Positions 8,894-18,832 of a stretch of DNA of 64,000 nucleotides are shown here, in pieces (positions within the stretch are counted from its first letter, which is position 1; every line of letters begins with the position of its first letter). This stretch comes from Candidatus Latescibacterota bacterium (GTDB lineage Bacteria > Latescibacterota > CBDEFO01). A program made the position numbers and the translations under genes. The stretch is from contig OZ252149.1 in assembly GCA_965248755.1 (NCBI GenBank), positions 64,001-128,000 on the forward strand. The letters are read 5' to 3'. The notes beneath the pieces were generated by a model that saw nothing but the letters and a program-made list of their open reading frames with translations, had not been told where the DNA came from and made no database searches.

Positions 8894-11734
8894 TCATCGA
8901 ACCGGCAGAAGTATTCGGAATACTGTGCCTACCCCGACTTGGCTTTCTACCTCTATCTCCCCCCTGTGGTCCTCAATGATCTGATACACAATCGAGAGAC
9001 CCAGCCCAGTCCCAATGCCGAACCCTTTCGTCGTGAATCCGGGATCGAAGATCCGTTCTAGATCCTCTTTGGGGATACCTATTCCGCTGTCCCGAATCTC
9101 TATCACAACGGCACCATCACGAAGGTGGGTCTTGATGAAAATCTCCCCTACCCCTTCGATGGCATGGCTTGCATTCACCAGGAGGTTCATAAAGACCTGG
9201 TTGAGCTGATTGGGGTAACATTTGATAGGCGGGATATCTTCGTAGTCTCTGTGGACTTCGATGCGATTTTTGATTTCGTGGTGAACGAGCGTCAGGGTAT
9301 TTTCAAGTCCCTCGTGGATGTCCACCTCATCCAATTCAGCCTCGTCGAGGCGGGCGAATTTCCGCAGGCTGATAACGATCGCCACGATGCGCTCGGCCGC
9401 TGTTCTGTTGACAGCATTAAGCTTCTCAATGCTTTCGAAGAGTCTGGTCAACTCCGGGTGCTCACGAACTTCTGCCGGAATTTTCGGATCGGACAAAATG
9501 CCCTTCACCTTTGCAAAAGAGCGGATAAAGATGTCGTTGTTGCTCTTAAGTGCCCCAAGGGGTGTGTTGATTTCGTGAGCTACTCCCGCCACCAGATTTC
9601 CCAATGTCGCCATCTTTTCAGTCTGAACCAATTGGGCCTGTTTTTCCCGCAGCTCCCGGGTGCGCTCTTGGACTTTTTGTTCCAATTCTTCGTATGCCCT
9701 CTGAAGCTCTTCCTCTGCCCGCTTGCGCTCCAGCGCATTCACGAATATTGCTCCCACTATCTTAAGTAGTGTGATAATGTCCTCTTCCCACTCTTTTTCT
9801 GCACGTAGCGAACAGAACCCCAGCATTCCAACAAGAGACTTACCATAGACCATAGGAACGGTGACGACCGACTTAACATCTTGCGACTGTAAACGTTCTT
9901 TTTCAGCGCTCGCCTCGTCAGGAAGATCTGCAACTCGAGGGATATAAATGTTCTCGAACCGGTCGAGTTTCTCCATAAGCCACGGGAAGTCACAACAGCG
10001 CATTCCCTTTTGGTTTTCTATTTCCGACTCGATTCCCTCGGTACACCACTCGTGTATATTGTCCAACCTAGTTTGGTCGTGGGACAACAGAGAGATATAA
10101 CTAAGATCGACACCCGCAAACTCTCCAATTTCTTGCATCGCCTGCTTTATCCCACTGTCGATCTCGTCTGATGCGAGGTTGATAAATCTTGTCGATATGG
10201 TGGTGATGAGATCTTCGAATTCAATTCGATGCTGTAGTGTTTCCTCTGCCTGCTTGCGCTCGGTAACATCACGAAAGCTCAACACCCTTCCAACACTTTT
10301 TCCTCCTATCTGCTGAGGCAGGGAATAGCGCTCGAAGATTCTCCCATCTTTAAATTCCAGCACATCGTAGCTCTCTGCATCCGGATGGGCGTACAATTCC
10401 ATTACTTTTTTGAGAAAGCCTTCAGGGTCTTTTAATTGATCGAGGACAAACTCCAGCGCTTGGTCGTCATCCTGCGACTCTACGATTGACTCGGGGATGT
10501 GCCATATCTCTACAAACTTCTGATTAAAGCTCGTCATCTTCCCCTCAGTATCCACTACGAGAATACCGTCGGCAGTTGCGTCGAACGTCGCACGGAGCAG
10601 CGAAAGAGATCTCTCAAGTTCCTCCTCGACCCGTTTGCGCTCGGTGATGTCGCGTCCATATGCATTGATGTAGTCAGTGTCTATCACTGGTGTGAGCAGA
10701 ACCGATAATATCTGGTCTCCGAGCTTGATCTCAATCTCTTTACTCAGTTTGGAGTCGTAAATATCCATAATTAGTTGCTTCCAGTCATCGGGCACAGACT
10801 GACCGGTTTCACAACCCCATTCATTCAATAAAGGCTGGCTGGCGGCGTTGGCATATAGAATGGTGCCATCTTTTGCGGTACGTAGCACGGGATTAGAGTT
10901 TTCAGAGGGGAATTTTGCCAAATCTTCAAGACTTCGGCTGTGTTCCTCTAACATCTTCTTCACCCGCTTGCGCTCTGTGATATCACGCACTGCTGCTGTA
11001 AAAAGAAGACGTTCACCGATCTTTGTTTCTGCAATGCGAATTTCTAAAGGAAACGTTGTCCCATCCTTTTTGAGCCCTTCAAGTTCCAAGCGTTGCCCCA
11101 ATACTTTTTGAACTCCAGTCTTCAAATATCGTTTCATACCAGCAGAATGGAGCCCCCGATATTTCTCTGGCATCAGGTTGTGCATTTTATTGCCGATAAG
11201 TTCTTCCTGCTGGTAGCCCCAGATGTTCTGAACCTCTTGGTTGACCATAACAATAGTGCTGTTTGAATCAATACTGATGATTCCCTCACCAACTGTATCC
11301 AGTACGGCACGAAACTGTGTTTGCGAATTAATTTGCTCCTCCGTCCGTTTGCGGTCGGTCACATCGCGGCAGATCCGTTGGATAACCCTCTTATCGCCAT
11401 AGGTGATCACACTGGCGCTCACATCGATAACTATCAGGGCTCCATCTTTCTTTTGGAAATGGAGGTCATTGTAGATGACACTTCCGGTATTTGCGACCTG
11501 TTTAAAGAGCCACTTTACCGTCTCCTTTTCCTCCGATGGATGGAGATCCCACACCTTCATCCCGACCAGTTCCTTTTGGACATAGCCTGTCATCTGTTCG
11601 GATTTCGGATTGGCCTCAAGGATTTCGCCATTTTCCGTGTCGATGGCAAATATTGCGTCGTTGGCCCGCTCGTACATCTTGCGATATTTCTCCTCGGACT
11701 CCAGCAGGCGCTTTATCTCTTCGTTGTCAGTCAT
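8894..11734 (-). CDS. Cytoplasmic multi-PAS + GAF sensor histidine kinase (NtrB-like)
   Basis: Four PAS/PAC segments ending in RDVT/RDIT, a GAF domain, H-box [12 protein letters not shown] box [12 protein letters not shown] boxes DSGIGI / GTGLGL. Start ATG 11734 after AAGGAG. Confidence 0.92.
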   Translation of the reverse strand: MTDNEEIKRLLESEEKYRKMYERANDAIFAIDTENGEILEANPKSEQMTGYVQKELVGMKVWDLHPSEEKETVKWLFKQVANTGSVIYNDLHFQKKDGALIVIDVSASVITYGDKRVIQRICRDVTDRKRTEEQINSQTQFRAVLDTVGEGIISIDSNSTIVMVNQEVQNIWGYQQEELIGNKMHNLMPEKYRGLHSAGMKRYLKTGVQKVLGQRLELEGLKKDGTTFPLEIRIAETKIGERLLFTAAVRDITERKRVKKMLEEHSRSLEDLAKFPSENSNPVLRTAKDGTILYANAASQPLLNEWGCETGQSVPDDWKQLIMDIYDSKLSKEIEIKLGDQILSVLLTPVIDTDYINAYGRDITERKRVEEELERSLSLLRATFDATADGILVVDTEGKMTSFNQKFVEIWHIPESIVESQDDDQALEFVLDQLKDPEGFLKKVMELYAHPDAESYDVLEFKDGRIFERYSLPQQIGGKSVGRVLSFRDVTERKQAEETLQHRIEFEDLITTISTRFINLASDEIDSGIKQAMQEIGEFAGVDLSYISLLSHDQTRLDNIHEWCTEGIESEIENQKGMRCCDFPWLMEKLDRFENIYIPRVADLPDEASAEKERLQSQDVKSVVTVPMVYGKSLVGMLGFCSLRAEKEWEEDIITLLKIVGAIFVNALERKRAEEELQRAYEELEQKVQERTRELREKQAQLVQTEKMATLGNLVAGVAHEINTPLGALKSNNDIFIRSFAKVKGILSDPKIPAEVREHPELTRLFESIEKLNAVNRTAAERIVAIVISLRKFARLDEAELDEVDIHEGLENTLTLVHHEIKNRIEVHRDYEDIPPIKCYPNQLNQVFMNLLVNASHAIEGVGEIFIKTHLRDGAVVIEIRDSGIGIPKEDLERIFDPGFTTKGFGIGTGLGLSIVYQIIEDHRGEIEVESQVGVGTVFRILLPVR

Positions 11735-11768
11735 AGGCACTCTCTCCTTTGAAGCGGCAAGCCATATC

Positions 11769-12218
11769 TTATGTCTCACCACCATCGGTCGGTTCCACAC
11801 CAACCCGCCCAATTAAGCTGCGCAACCGCTTCGCAAGAGCCTTAAGGACTTCCTGTGTGATTTGCACGTGATCAGAGAGAAGATCGATAAAATCCTCCCG
11901 ATCGATTCGGAGAAGCTTCGTGTCTTCCAAAGTGGTCGCTGCAGCAACTCGGGGTTCGTCATCGAACAGAGACCAGGTTCCGAAGGCCTCCTTTGGCCCT
12001 GCAACGGTGATCTCCGCGCCGTCGCGATGGAGACGCACGCGCCCCTCTAAGACCAGATATAACGCATCCGACGGGTCCTGCTCTTTGTATATGGTCTCCC
12101 CTCTCGGGAGCGAAACCTCCTCCACAATAGCCGCAAGGTAGGCCAATTGTTCCGTGGAGACATCAGAAAAGACATCCACATTCTGTAGAAATATGAACTT
12201 TTCTATGACCGGAAGCAT
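11769..12218 (-). CDS. Stand-alone cyclic-nucleotide-binding (cNMP) domain protein
   Basis: IEKFIFLQNVDVFS, GETIYKEQD, LYLVLEGRV, FGTWSLFDDEPRVAAA; no HTH. Confidence 0.9.
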   Translation of the reverse strand: MLPVIEKFIFLQNVDVFSDVSTEQLAYLAAIVEEVSLPRGETIYKEQDPSDALYLVLEGRVRLHRDGAEITVAGPKEAFGTWSLFDDEPRVAAATTLEDTKLLRIDREDFIDLLSDHVQITQEVLKALAKRLRSLIGRVGVEPTDGGET

Positions 12219-12299
12219 AGCAGAAATTCCCTTACAATATCTAATCCATTCTGTTGCTCATTTACTTCGGGTCTACTGAAAGTACCACGAAAATTAATT

Positions 12300-14519
12300 T
12301 TAGATCTCTTCATCCAAATCCATCGGCAACATTACAGTAAATGTTGAACCCTCACCTACCCTGCTTTCTACTTTGATTTCCCCTTTGTGATCCTGAATAA
12401 TTTGGTAACAAATCGACAAACCTAAACCTGTCCCAACTCTCACACCCTTTGTCGTAAATCCAGGATCAAACACTTTTTCAAGATTTTCCTCAGGGATGCC
12501 AACTCCGTTATCTTGAATGGCCACGTGCACTTTGTGATCTTTTTGAAATGTGGTGATGGTGATCTCTCCCGTATCCTCTATGGCCTGCTTAGCATTGACC
12601 AAAATATTAAGAACAACCTGATTCAATCTGCGCGGATAGCAGACAACCGGAGGAATCTCGCCAAAAGTTTTTATCACTTTGATGCGGTTCTTTAAATCAT
12701 GATAGATTAAAGTCAAAGTGTCCTCTATCCCCTCGTGGATGTCCACTTCCTTCAACTCAGCTTCGTCCAATCTGGCAAAGCTCCGCAGGCTCTTGACAAT
12801 GTTCGTCACGCGATCAGAACCGGTTGTGATCACCTGGTTGGCGTCTGCAATGACCTTCAGCGCCGCGTTAAATTCACGGTTATCTTGACACTCTTTCGGG
12901 AATTGCGTTTCAAGGGTGGTCTTCAGTTTTTCCAAAGCGCGCATTGAGGTATCGTGCATGCTCTTTATGGCTCCGACGGGCGTATTGATCTCGTGGGCAA
13001 CGCCTGCTACCAGATCGCCCAATGCCGCCATCTTTTCAGACTGCACCAACTGGGATTGAGTTTCACGCAAATCTAGATTGGCATCTTCTAACTCACTTAA
13101 AACTTTTTGCAACTTGCGGGCCTCTTCAAGCTCTTGGGTTTTGCGGGCATTATCAGCCTCTACAATCTTTCGCGCCATTTCCTCTTCTTTGGCCAGGCGT
13201 TCCTGCTCTATCGTCTTGGCGGACAGCTCCTTAACCTGCATGAGCTGTGCCTCGAGGTCTTTGTTCGTTCGGGCAAAGCTGCGAGCTAAATACACGGACA
13301 TCGAAATAAGAAAGCAGAGAGTCCCATAAACATAGATTTCGTCAGATATAGCCTTTAAGACCTCGAGTTCTATCAGAATCTGGTAGGTGCAAGCAAAGAT
13401 AAAAGCCACGCCTCCAATGCCAATAATCCACGCACCGTCTTTTTTCTTTAGGACGGCCACGAAGATCACTCGGAGCATTTCCACAAAAGTTACCAGAGCA
13501 AACAGGTATATATAGAGAATAGGGGCATACCAGGACCAGCCCCCCAGAACTATTCCGCCTGCGAGCAAAACCCAGAACGGCCTGGGCAACTTGGGGTAAA
13601 AAAGTTTGTATAAAAATCGGACCCCAGAAACGCATGTAAGTAATACTGCCACCTTGAACAGCCAAAAATTAAATAAAAGCTGTCCTGAGTCTCTTAAAAA
13701 TATACCTTCGTAGCCTGTGAACGTCAAGGCCGTAATACTGGCCGTAAAGGCAGCGTAGTAGAGATTTTCTCTTGATCGAGGGTAGAACAGAAAGAGCAGA
13801 AGATGCAGCAATGTAAAGGCGAGGGGAACGCCCGAAAAAAACATCTGATAGGCTGCTAATCTCCTGACCCATAATCCACTGAGTTCTAAACTGTTCTCCA
13901 ATTCTCCTAAACCAATGGAAAAGCCCGCAGGATCGTAGACCGTCTTGTTGAAAGTTTCGGCACGGAAGTTTGAGTAGCGCACAGCTATAACGTGTTCGGC
14001 GCTCCGCGGGCGCTCTGACGGGGAGGTGGAAGGCCGCGACAGTGGTCTGCCGTCAAACGAAATGAGTTTCGGGGGGTCTAGCACCCCAAGAGAGTGATGG
14101 CCTTCTTCTTCCGCTTTTGAAGTTCCGACCTTACCGAAGGTATATATCAGCTTGCCGTCCAAGTAGATTTCAGCCGCACCTGTCTGATGATAAATCAGGG
14201 CTAATGGTCTATTCCACAGTGTAGAGTCAACTGCAACGTGCAGTCTGAACCAGCCAATTCCTTTCCAGCCGCCTTTCGGAAGTTTGTCCGACTTAAGCCG
14301 TGTGTCTACAGTTTCCCATAAACTGTCATCAAACTCCGGGTCGGCCCAGGCAGAATTATCGCCTGCGTGATATTTCCAGTTTCTAAAGAACTCGATTACG
14401 CGGTCCTCGTCCTTCAGGCTGTCCGCCGAAAGAACGATTCTCCCATCAACCTGAGCAGATGCCGGTGAAGTAGGCAGAAAGTACAAGCCCACAAGAACAA
14501 ACAACAGAATCTTTCTCAT
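12300..14519 (-). CDS. Membrane sensor histidine kinase with periplasmic galactose-binding-like domain and 7TM-DISM-like region
   Basis: Signal peptide; WKYHAGDNSAWADPEFDDSLW...GIGWFRL; about 7 TM helices; H-box [11 protein letters not shown]; HATPase G boxes. Confidence 0.9.
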   Translation of the reverse strand: MRKILLFVLVGLYFLPTSPASAQVDGRIVLSADSLKDEDRVIEFFRNWKYHAGDNSAWADPEFDDSLWETVDTRLKSDKLPKGGWKGIGWFRLHVAVDSTLWNRPLALIYHQTGAAEIYLDGKLIYTFGKVGTSKAEEEGHHSLGVLDPPKLISFDGRPLSRPSTSPSERPRSAEHVIAVRYSNFRAETFNKTVYDPAGFSIGLGELENSLELSGLWVRRLAAYQMFFSGVPLAFTLLHLLLFLFYPRSRENLYYAAFTASITALTFTGYEGIFLRDSGQLLFNFWLFKVAVLLTCVSGVRFLYKLFYPKLPRPFWVLLAGGIVLGGWSWYAPILYIYLFALVTFVEMLRVIFVAVLKKKDGAWIIGIGGVAFIFACTYQILIELEVLKAISDEIYVYGTLCFLISMSVYLARSFARTNKDLEAQLMQVKELSAKTIEQERLAKEEEMARKIVEADNARKTQELEEARKLQKVLSELEDANLDLRETQSQLVQSEKMAALGDLVAGVAHEINTPVGAIKSMHDTSMRALEKLKTTLETQFPKECQDNREFNAALKVIADANQVITTGSDRVTNIVKSLRSFARLDEAELKEVDIHEGIEDTLTLIYHDLKNRIKVIKTFGEIPPVVCYPRRLNQVVLNILVNAKQAIEDTGEITITTFQKDHKVHVAIQDNGVGIPEENLEKVFDPGFTTKGVRVGTGLGLSICYQIIQDHKGEIKVESRVGEGSTFTVMLPMDLDEEI

Positions 14520-14567
14520 AGTAGTTCTTCTATAAGTTTAAAATTCATCAATTCTTATACCTTGATG

Positions 14568-17348
14568 CTATCCATTGTTCAGCACCATATTTGCAGTTTC
14601 ACGAACCACAGGGTCCAGGTCGTTTTGAGCTTCCTCGGCCAATCTCATCAGTGTTGGGGAATCTGTCCCCACAACGTTATAAATCGCACAGGCCCTCAAC
14701 CAGGCATCGCGGCCACGAATCAGATGTACCAAGGCCTCTTCTTTGCTTTTTATCCGCTCTCTAAACAGCTCCTGTCCCTTTTGAATGGTGATTTCAAGAG
14801 AGACTTGGTCCAGGAAGGGAAAGAGATATTTCTTTATATCCTTGTTCAGCACAGTATCCAAGAACTCGATTGCGCTGGCATGCACCGCCTGTTTGCTGCT
14901 TACGATCCCCTGATAGGCGCTGTACATGTCTTTTGGCGGATAGCGCAGTCCTAATAGTCGGAAGATTCGCTCTAAACTCTGCTCCTGCTTTTCGATGAGA
15001 ACCTGCTTCAGGAGTTTGGAAGCGGTGCCATCTTGAGTCTCTCCCCGATTGCTTCCATCGGGGATCACATCCTGGATCTGTAGGATCTCGTAATAGGATT
15101 TTGTCTCTTGGATCAACGTGGCATCGACCTTACTTTGATCGAACCTCAACTGTTGGTATCTGGCGCGCAGTTTATTCAACGCCTTGATCAGGTGATATTT
15201 GAGAGTGGGATCTGCACTTTTCATGCCTTCTATAAGGATATCGACAGACTTTTGGGCTGGTATTTCGCTCAACACACGGGCGATGTTGCCCCGGAGTGAT
15301 ACCGATACATCCACGGTCTCGTCCCTGAGATAATCGTTCAAGGTGTCCAGAATTCGAGATCCAAATGCAGCCAAAGCCATGCGAGCATCGGCGCGGTATC
15401 GCTTATCGGAAAGTTTTTCTATCAACAACGCTACGAACTCCTGATCTCTTGTGCGGCCTGAACTTTCGATGGCCTGTCTGACAACTCTCGGAGATGGATC
15501 TTCCATCAGCTTGAAAAGATACCTTCGGAAGCTGGGATTGTCCAGACGCCCCAATGCTTTTGCCATCTGCTCCCGCCCCAATTCTCCCTCTTTTCCCTTA
15601 CGGTCCAGAAACGATTGGATTACCTTCTCATCGATCAGATGTCTTTCCTCGGATAAACCGTACTCTGCGATGCAGCCGATCGCCGCCGCTTGTATCTTGA
15701 GATCCGGGTCTTCCAGATAGCCCTTGATCCGGTCTATGTGGTTTCCTTTGGGATGCCGGCATAGGAAGAGCATAGTCTCAAGACGCACCTGTTGATCATC
15801 ATCTTTCAGAAGCTCCTCAATTTTGGACTCAAGGACCCCGTCTCCCTGGGTCCCGAGCACTCGAACAGCCTGCCTACGCACTTCGGAAGATCTATGTTTC
15901 AAAAGACGTTGTACCGGCTCTAATAGTCCCGCATCTTTCACGGATGTTAGGAGATCAAGTGCATAGACCACCTGCCGTTCATTGGTACTTGCAAGGGCAG
16001 CTATAAGGGCGTTGACCGTGGACGCCTCCGAGATGTCCATTCTGAGTTCATCCAGATCGATTTCGCGTCCCTCCAGAGCCTTCCGGAAGGCGTTCACATA
16101 TTCCTTGCGGACGAGTATACAAAAGAGAATCCACACAATCAAAAGGGCTATAACAAGGATACTGATTTGCCTTATGGAGAATCCAAAAACAACGGTAAAA
16201 AGCAGCAAAAGTGCGCCGGCAATACCACGTGACCACCGTTCCACAAACACATCAATGAAGATTTTGGTACGCTTCTTAATCTCCATAGGTACCGGGAGGG
16301 ACAACAGTTCAAAGCCTGTTTTGTTAATAGAATATCCTAAGCTTCGGTCAACCCCACGCAGAAAGATGCCCGCCCACAAGCCCGGCGCTATGAGCATCCC
16401 TACGGAACCGAATAACAGGCCGATGGGAAGAAACATAATGGTGCCCCCCACACCCAGAACTCTCAGGAACCGGTAGGTAAAGAGCGATTGAAACAGCAAA
16501 GCGACCAGACTCAGGCGGCCGTAAAATTTCCCCAAGAACGACGTAAGATCTTCTTTTGCGGGAAACTCCTCGGCAGAGATCGTTTTGAATTGGAAATCGA
16601 CAAAGGAAGCGGTCATCACCATCAAAGAGATGATTCCCACGAGAAGCATCAACTGCCGGGAGCGACGAATTGTCCTGAACATTTGGCCGAGCGTCTCCTT
16701 GCCTTGCTCTCTGATTTTGACAGGGTCGGGCTGTTCCTGGCTCTCCTTCTGTCCGATCGTCCAAATGATGTTTAAGAGAAAGATGCAGATTGTCAAGAAT
16801 CCTATGCATAAAAAGAGTAAATTCTCCGTTGACATTCCGAAGACGCGCACAACCAGGCTGGTTACCTCTCCTCCTGTGAAGGCCCCGAAGATCCCCCCCA
16901 GATTCAAAAGTACAAAGAGTCGTTTGGCCTGAGCCGGGTTAAACACTGTGTTGGCAAGGAGCCAGAACTGGGAGGTGATCGTTATGCCGTAAATGGCCAC
17001 CCAAATATAGAAGACGTAGTATACCCAGGAGTAGTCCAGTTGAATCAACCATCGCAGGATCAAGAGGCTGGCGATGAGAACAGCAGTAGTGGCATTCATC
17101 AGTTGTGTAAGCTTCAAAAAACGGGTCAATCTGACGTAGACCGTGATCATCGGAAGAGCGACCAAGGCAATGAGAATAAAGACGATAGGAAGCTGTTCCG
17201 GACCGATCCGCACCAAGAATAGACCGTCTCTTGCCGGTTTAAGCAAATAGTAGGCCACCAGCACCAAGTAGTAGTAGATAAACATCAAAAAGGTAAGTGT
17301 AAACTCTCCTTTTCGTATGTCCACTATTGAACCTAAAATGCGCTTCAT
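14568..17348 (-). CDS. NTT/TLC (Npt1/Npt2) nucleotide transporter fused to HEAT repeats
   Basis: About 12 TM N-terminal domain with YLLKPARD, SQFWLLAN, AKRLF, KIFIDVFVERW; helical repeats (SEVRRQA, QVRLET, RVVRQAI, VVRETA). Start set at ATG 17348 because the longer ORF runs through a REP. Confidence 0.88.
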   Translation of the reverse strand: MKRILGSIVDIRKGEFTLTFLMFIYYYLVLVAYYLLKPARDGLFLVRIGPEQLPIVFILIALVALPMITVYVRLTRFLKLTQLMNATTAVLIASLLILRWLIQLDYSWVYYVFYIWVAIYGITITSQFWLLANTVFNPAQAKRLFVLLNLGGIFGAFTGGEVTSLVVRVFGMSTENLLFLCIGFLTICIFLLNIIWTIGQKESQEQPDPVKIREQGKETLGQMFRTIRRSRQLMLLVGIISLMVMTASFVDFQFKTISAEEFPAKEDLTSFLGKFYGRLSLVALLFQSLFTYRFLRVLGVGGTIMFLPIGLLFGSVGMLIAPGLWAGIFLRGVDRSLGYSINKTGFELLSLPVPMEIKKRTKIFIDVFVERWSRGIAGALLLLFTVVFGFSIRQISILVIALLIVWILFCILVRKEYVNAFRKALEGREIDLDELRMDISEASTVNALIAALASTNERQVVYALDLLTSVKDAGLLEPVQRLLKHRSSEVRRQAVRVLGTQGDGVLESKIEELLKDDDQQVRLETMLFLCRHPKGNHIDRIKGYLEDPDLKIQAAAIGCIAEYGLSEERHLIDEKVIQSFLDRKGKEGELGREQMAKALGRLDNPSFRRYLFKLMEDPSPRVVRQAIESSGRTRDQEFVALLIEKLSDKRYRADARMALAAFGSRILDTLNDYLRDETVDVSVSLRGNIARVLSEIPAQKSVDILIEGMKSADPTLKYHLIKALNKLRARYQQLRFDQSKVDATLIQETKSYYEILQIQDVIPDGSNRGETQDGTASKLLKQVLIEKQEQSLERIFRLLGLRYPPKDMYSAYQGIVSSKQAVHASAIEFLDTVLNKDIKKYLFPFLDQVSLEITIQKGQELFRERIKSKEEALVHLIRGRDAWLRACAIYNVVGTDSPTLMRLAEEAQNDLDPVVRETANMVLNNG
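15042..15064. repeat. 23-bp palindrome copy inside the NTT-HEAT CDS
   Basis: tccccgattgcttccatcgggga; read as IPDGSNRGE on the minus strand. Confidence 0.7.
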
Positions 17349-17374
17349 CTTGTGCCCTTTGGCCGTAGACAGCA

Positions 17375-17443
17375 GTAGGGGCGAACCCACGTGTTCGCCC
17401 GATTTATCCGTATTTTCAGGGCAGAACATAGGTCTGCCCCTGC
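17375..17443. repeat. GTAG-type REP doublet (REPIN-like)
   Basis: gtaggggcgaacccacgtgttcgccc...gggcagaacataggtctgcccctgc; close copy at 36980-37062. Confidence 0.8.
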
Positions 17444-17467
17444 AGTGTTCGCCCTCGGATAAAACCT

Positions 17468-18808
17468 TTATGCAGATGGAGATGGAACAGGGGACGCTTC
17501 GGTCATCTTCTGGAACGATCGTCCGGCAACCCGCGCAGCCAGTATCCAGACAACGACAATAGCAGCGGTGGCAAGCGACAGCCACCGGATAGTGCTGAAC
17601 TCAGAGAATACCAGTGTGATCACCAAGAGGAGACCCACAGACAGTGCCTTTGCAAAACGCTGGACGAACATATCGATAAACGCCTTGGCCCCATATTTCT
17701 CCTCTCTCGTGGTCGGCACGTAGAGGACCTCCTTGGCCAACTGGTTCATCGAATAGCTGAAGCCACTGTCACAGGTATTCAAAGCGCTGCCAAGGAGCAG
17801 CACCGGTGCGATCATAAAACCGGTCGAACCGAGCAAGACGGTCACCGGCAGGAACAGTAGGGCCGTACCCACACCAAAACGGGTCATGACTAAGCTGGTG
17901 AGGAGAAGCTGCACAAACAGGGCCACACCGTTGGAAACGACGTATACTGTGGCAAGATGGACGGTATAAGCCTCCTTAACCAGGTAATGTGTGACAGTCT
18001 CCTTGAACTGGAAATCCATAATGGTCGAGACCATCTCGTAGAGACCAACAATCGCCATGATGGATAGTAGGTAACGGGATCGGAACACTAAGCGTGCGCC
18101 CTCCAAAGCCGGATTGCCTGCCGCTTGAGTCTCCTTCTTCTGTGATACCTCAGGTGGCGGGCGGCGAGATACTATCCTGCCGACGATCATTGCGATAAGG
18201 ATGATGATCATGGCGATCCCCAGGCAGATCCAGAGCCACTCAGAGGAACTCAGATCTTTCACTTTTGCCCTGAGCACTAAAGACCCAAAGGCGCCCCCCG
18301 TCACACCTCCCAGGCCGATCAGGCCGTAGAGCCGTTTCGCCGTATCGGGATCTACACTGTCGTTGAGAAAGGCAAAAAAGGTAACCACCATCAGCGTGCT
18401 GAATAGGTCTCCAAATAGGTAGAAGGACCAGACTGTTACGTCGCCCGGGGTATCCAGCACGGTACTGTAGAGGACATAGCAGGCGATGAAGAAGCCGGAG
18501 AAGATGTAGGTGAGTTGTTGGCGCCGAAAGTATCGGGCCAGAAGAGTGAAGACCGTTACAGCCACAAATGCCACGACCATGTTCAGCACCTTGGCAATCA
18601 GTTCCGCCTGGGCCGGACGCAGGTGCCAGTAGAATATATCGAAACCGATTTCATCATAATACCAGAGGAAAAGCCCACTTTTGATCGGCTTGAGGATCCA
18701 GAAGCTGGCGATGACCAGGAAGAAGTAGAGGAACATCAACAGTGCCAGCGGAACTTCCTCACGCCGGATGTTCATAATCTGTCTGAAAGGATTCGCCTGA
18801 GATGCCAT
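17468..18808 (-). CDS. NTT/TLC (ATP/ADP translocase family) nucleotide transporter, stand-alone
   Basis: IRREEVPLALLMFLYFFLVI, WILKPIKS, FFAFLND, AKRLYG, KEVLYVP...KYGAKAFIDMFVQRFAK; about 12 TM. Confidence 0.88.
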   Translation of the reverse strand: MASQANPFRQIMNIRREEVPLALLMFLYFFLVIASFWILKPIKSGLFLWYYDEIGFDIFYWHLRPAQAELIAKVLNMVVAFVAVTVFTLLARYFRRQQLTYIFSGFFIACYVLYSTVLDTPGDVTVWSFYLFGDLFSTLMVVTFFAFLNDSVDPDTAKRLYGLIGLGGVTGGAFGSLVLRAKVKDLSSSEWLWICLGIAMIIILIAMIVGRIVSRRPPPEVSQKKETQAAGNPALEGARLVFRSRYLLSIMAIVGLYEMVSTIMDFQFKETVTHYLVKEAYTVHLATVYVVSNGVALFVQLLLTSLVMTRFGVGTALLFLPVTVLLGSTGFMIAPVLLLGSALNTCDSGFSYSMNQLAKEVLYVPTTREEKYGAKAFIDMFVQRFAKALSVGLLLVITLVFSEFSTIRWLSLATAAIVVVWILAARVAGRSFQKMTEASPVPSPSA

Positions 18809-18832
18809 ATACGCTCCGATCTTATAGGGGAG

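Noticed and set aside
17349..17585. Cys-rich N-terminal extension of the NTT-HEAT ORF
   Set aside because: It overlaps the upstream NTT gene and reads through a REP element; the likely start is ATG 17348.
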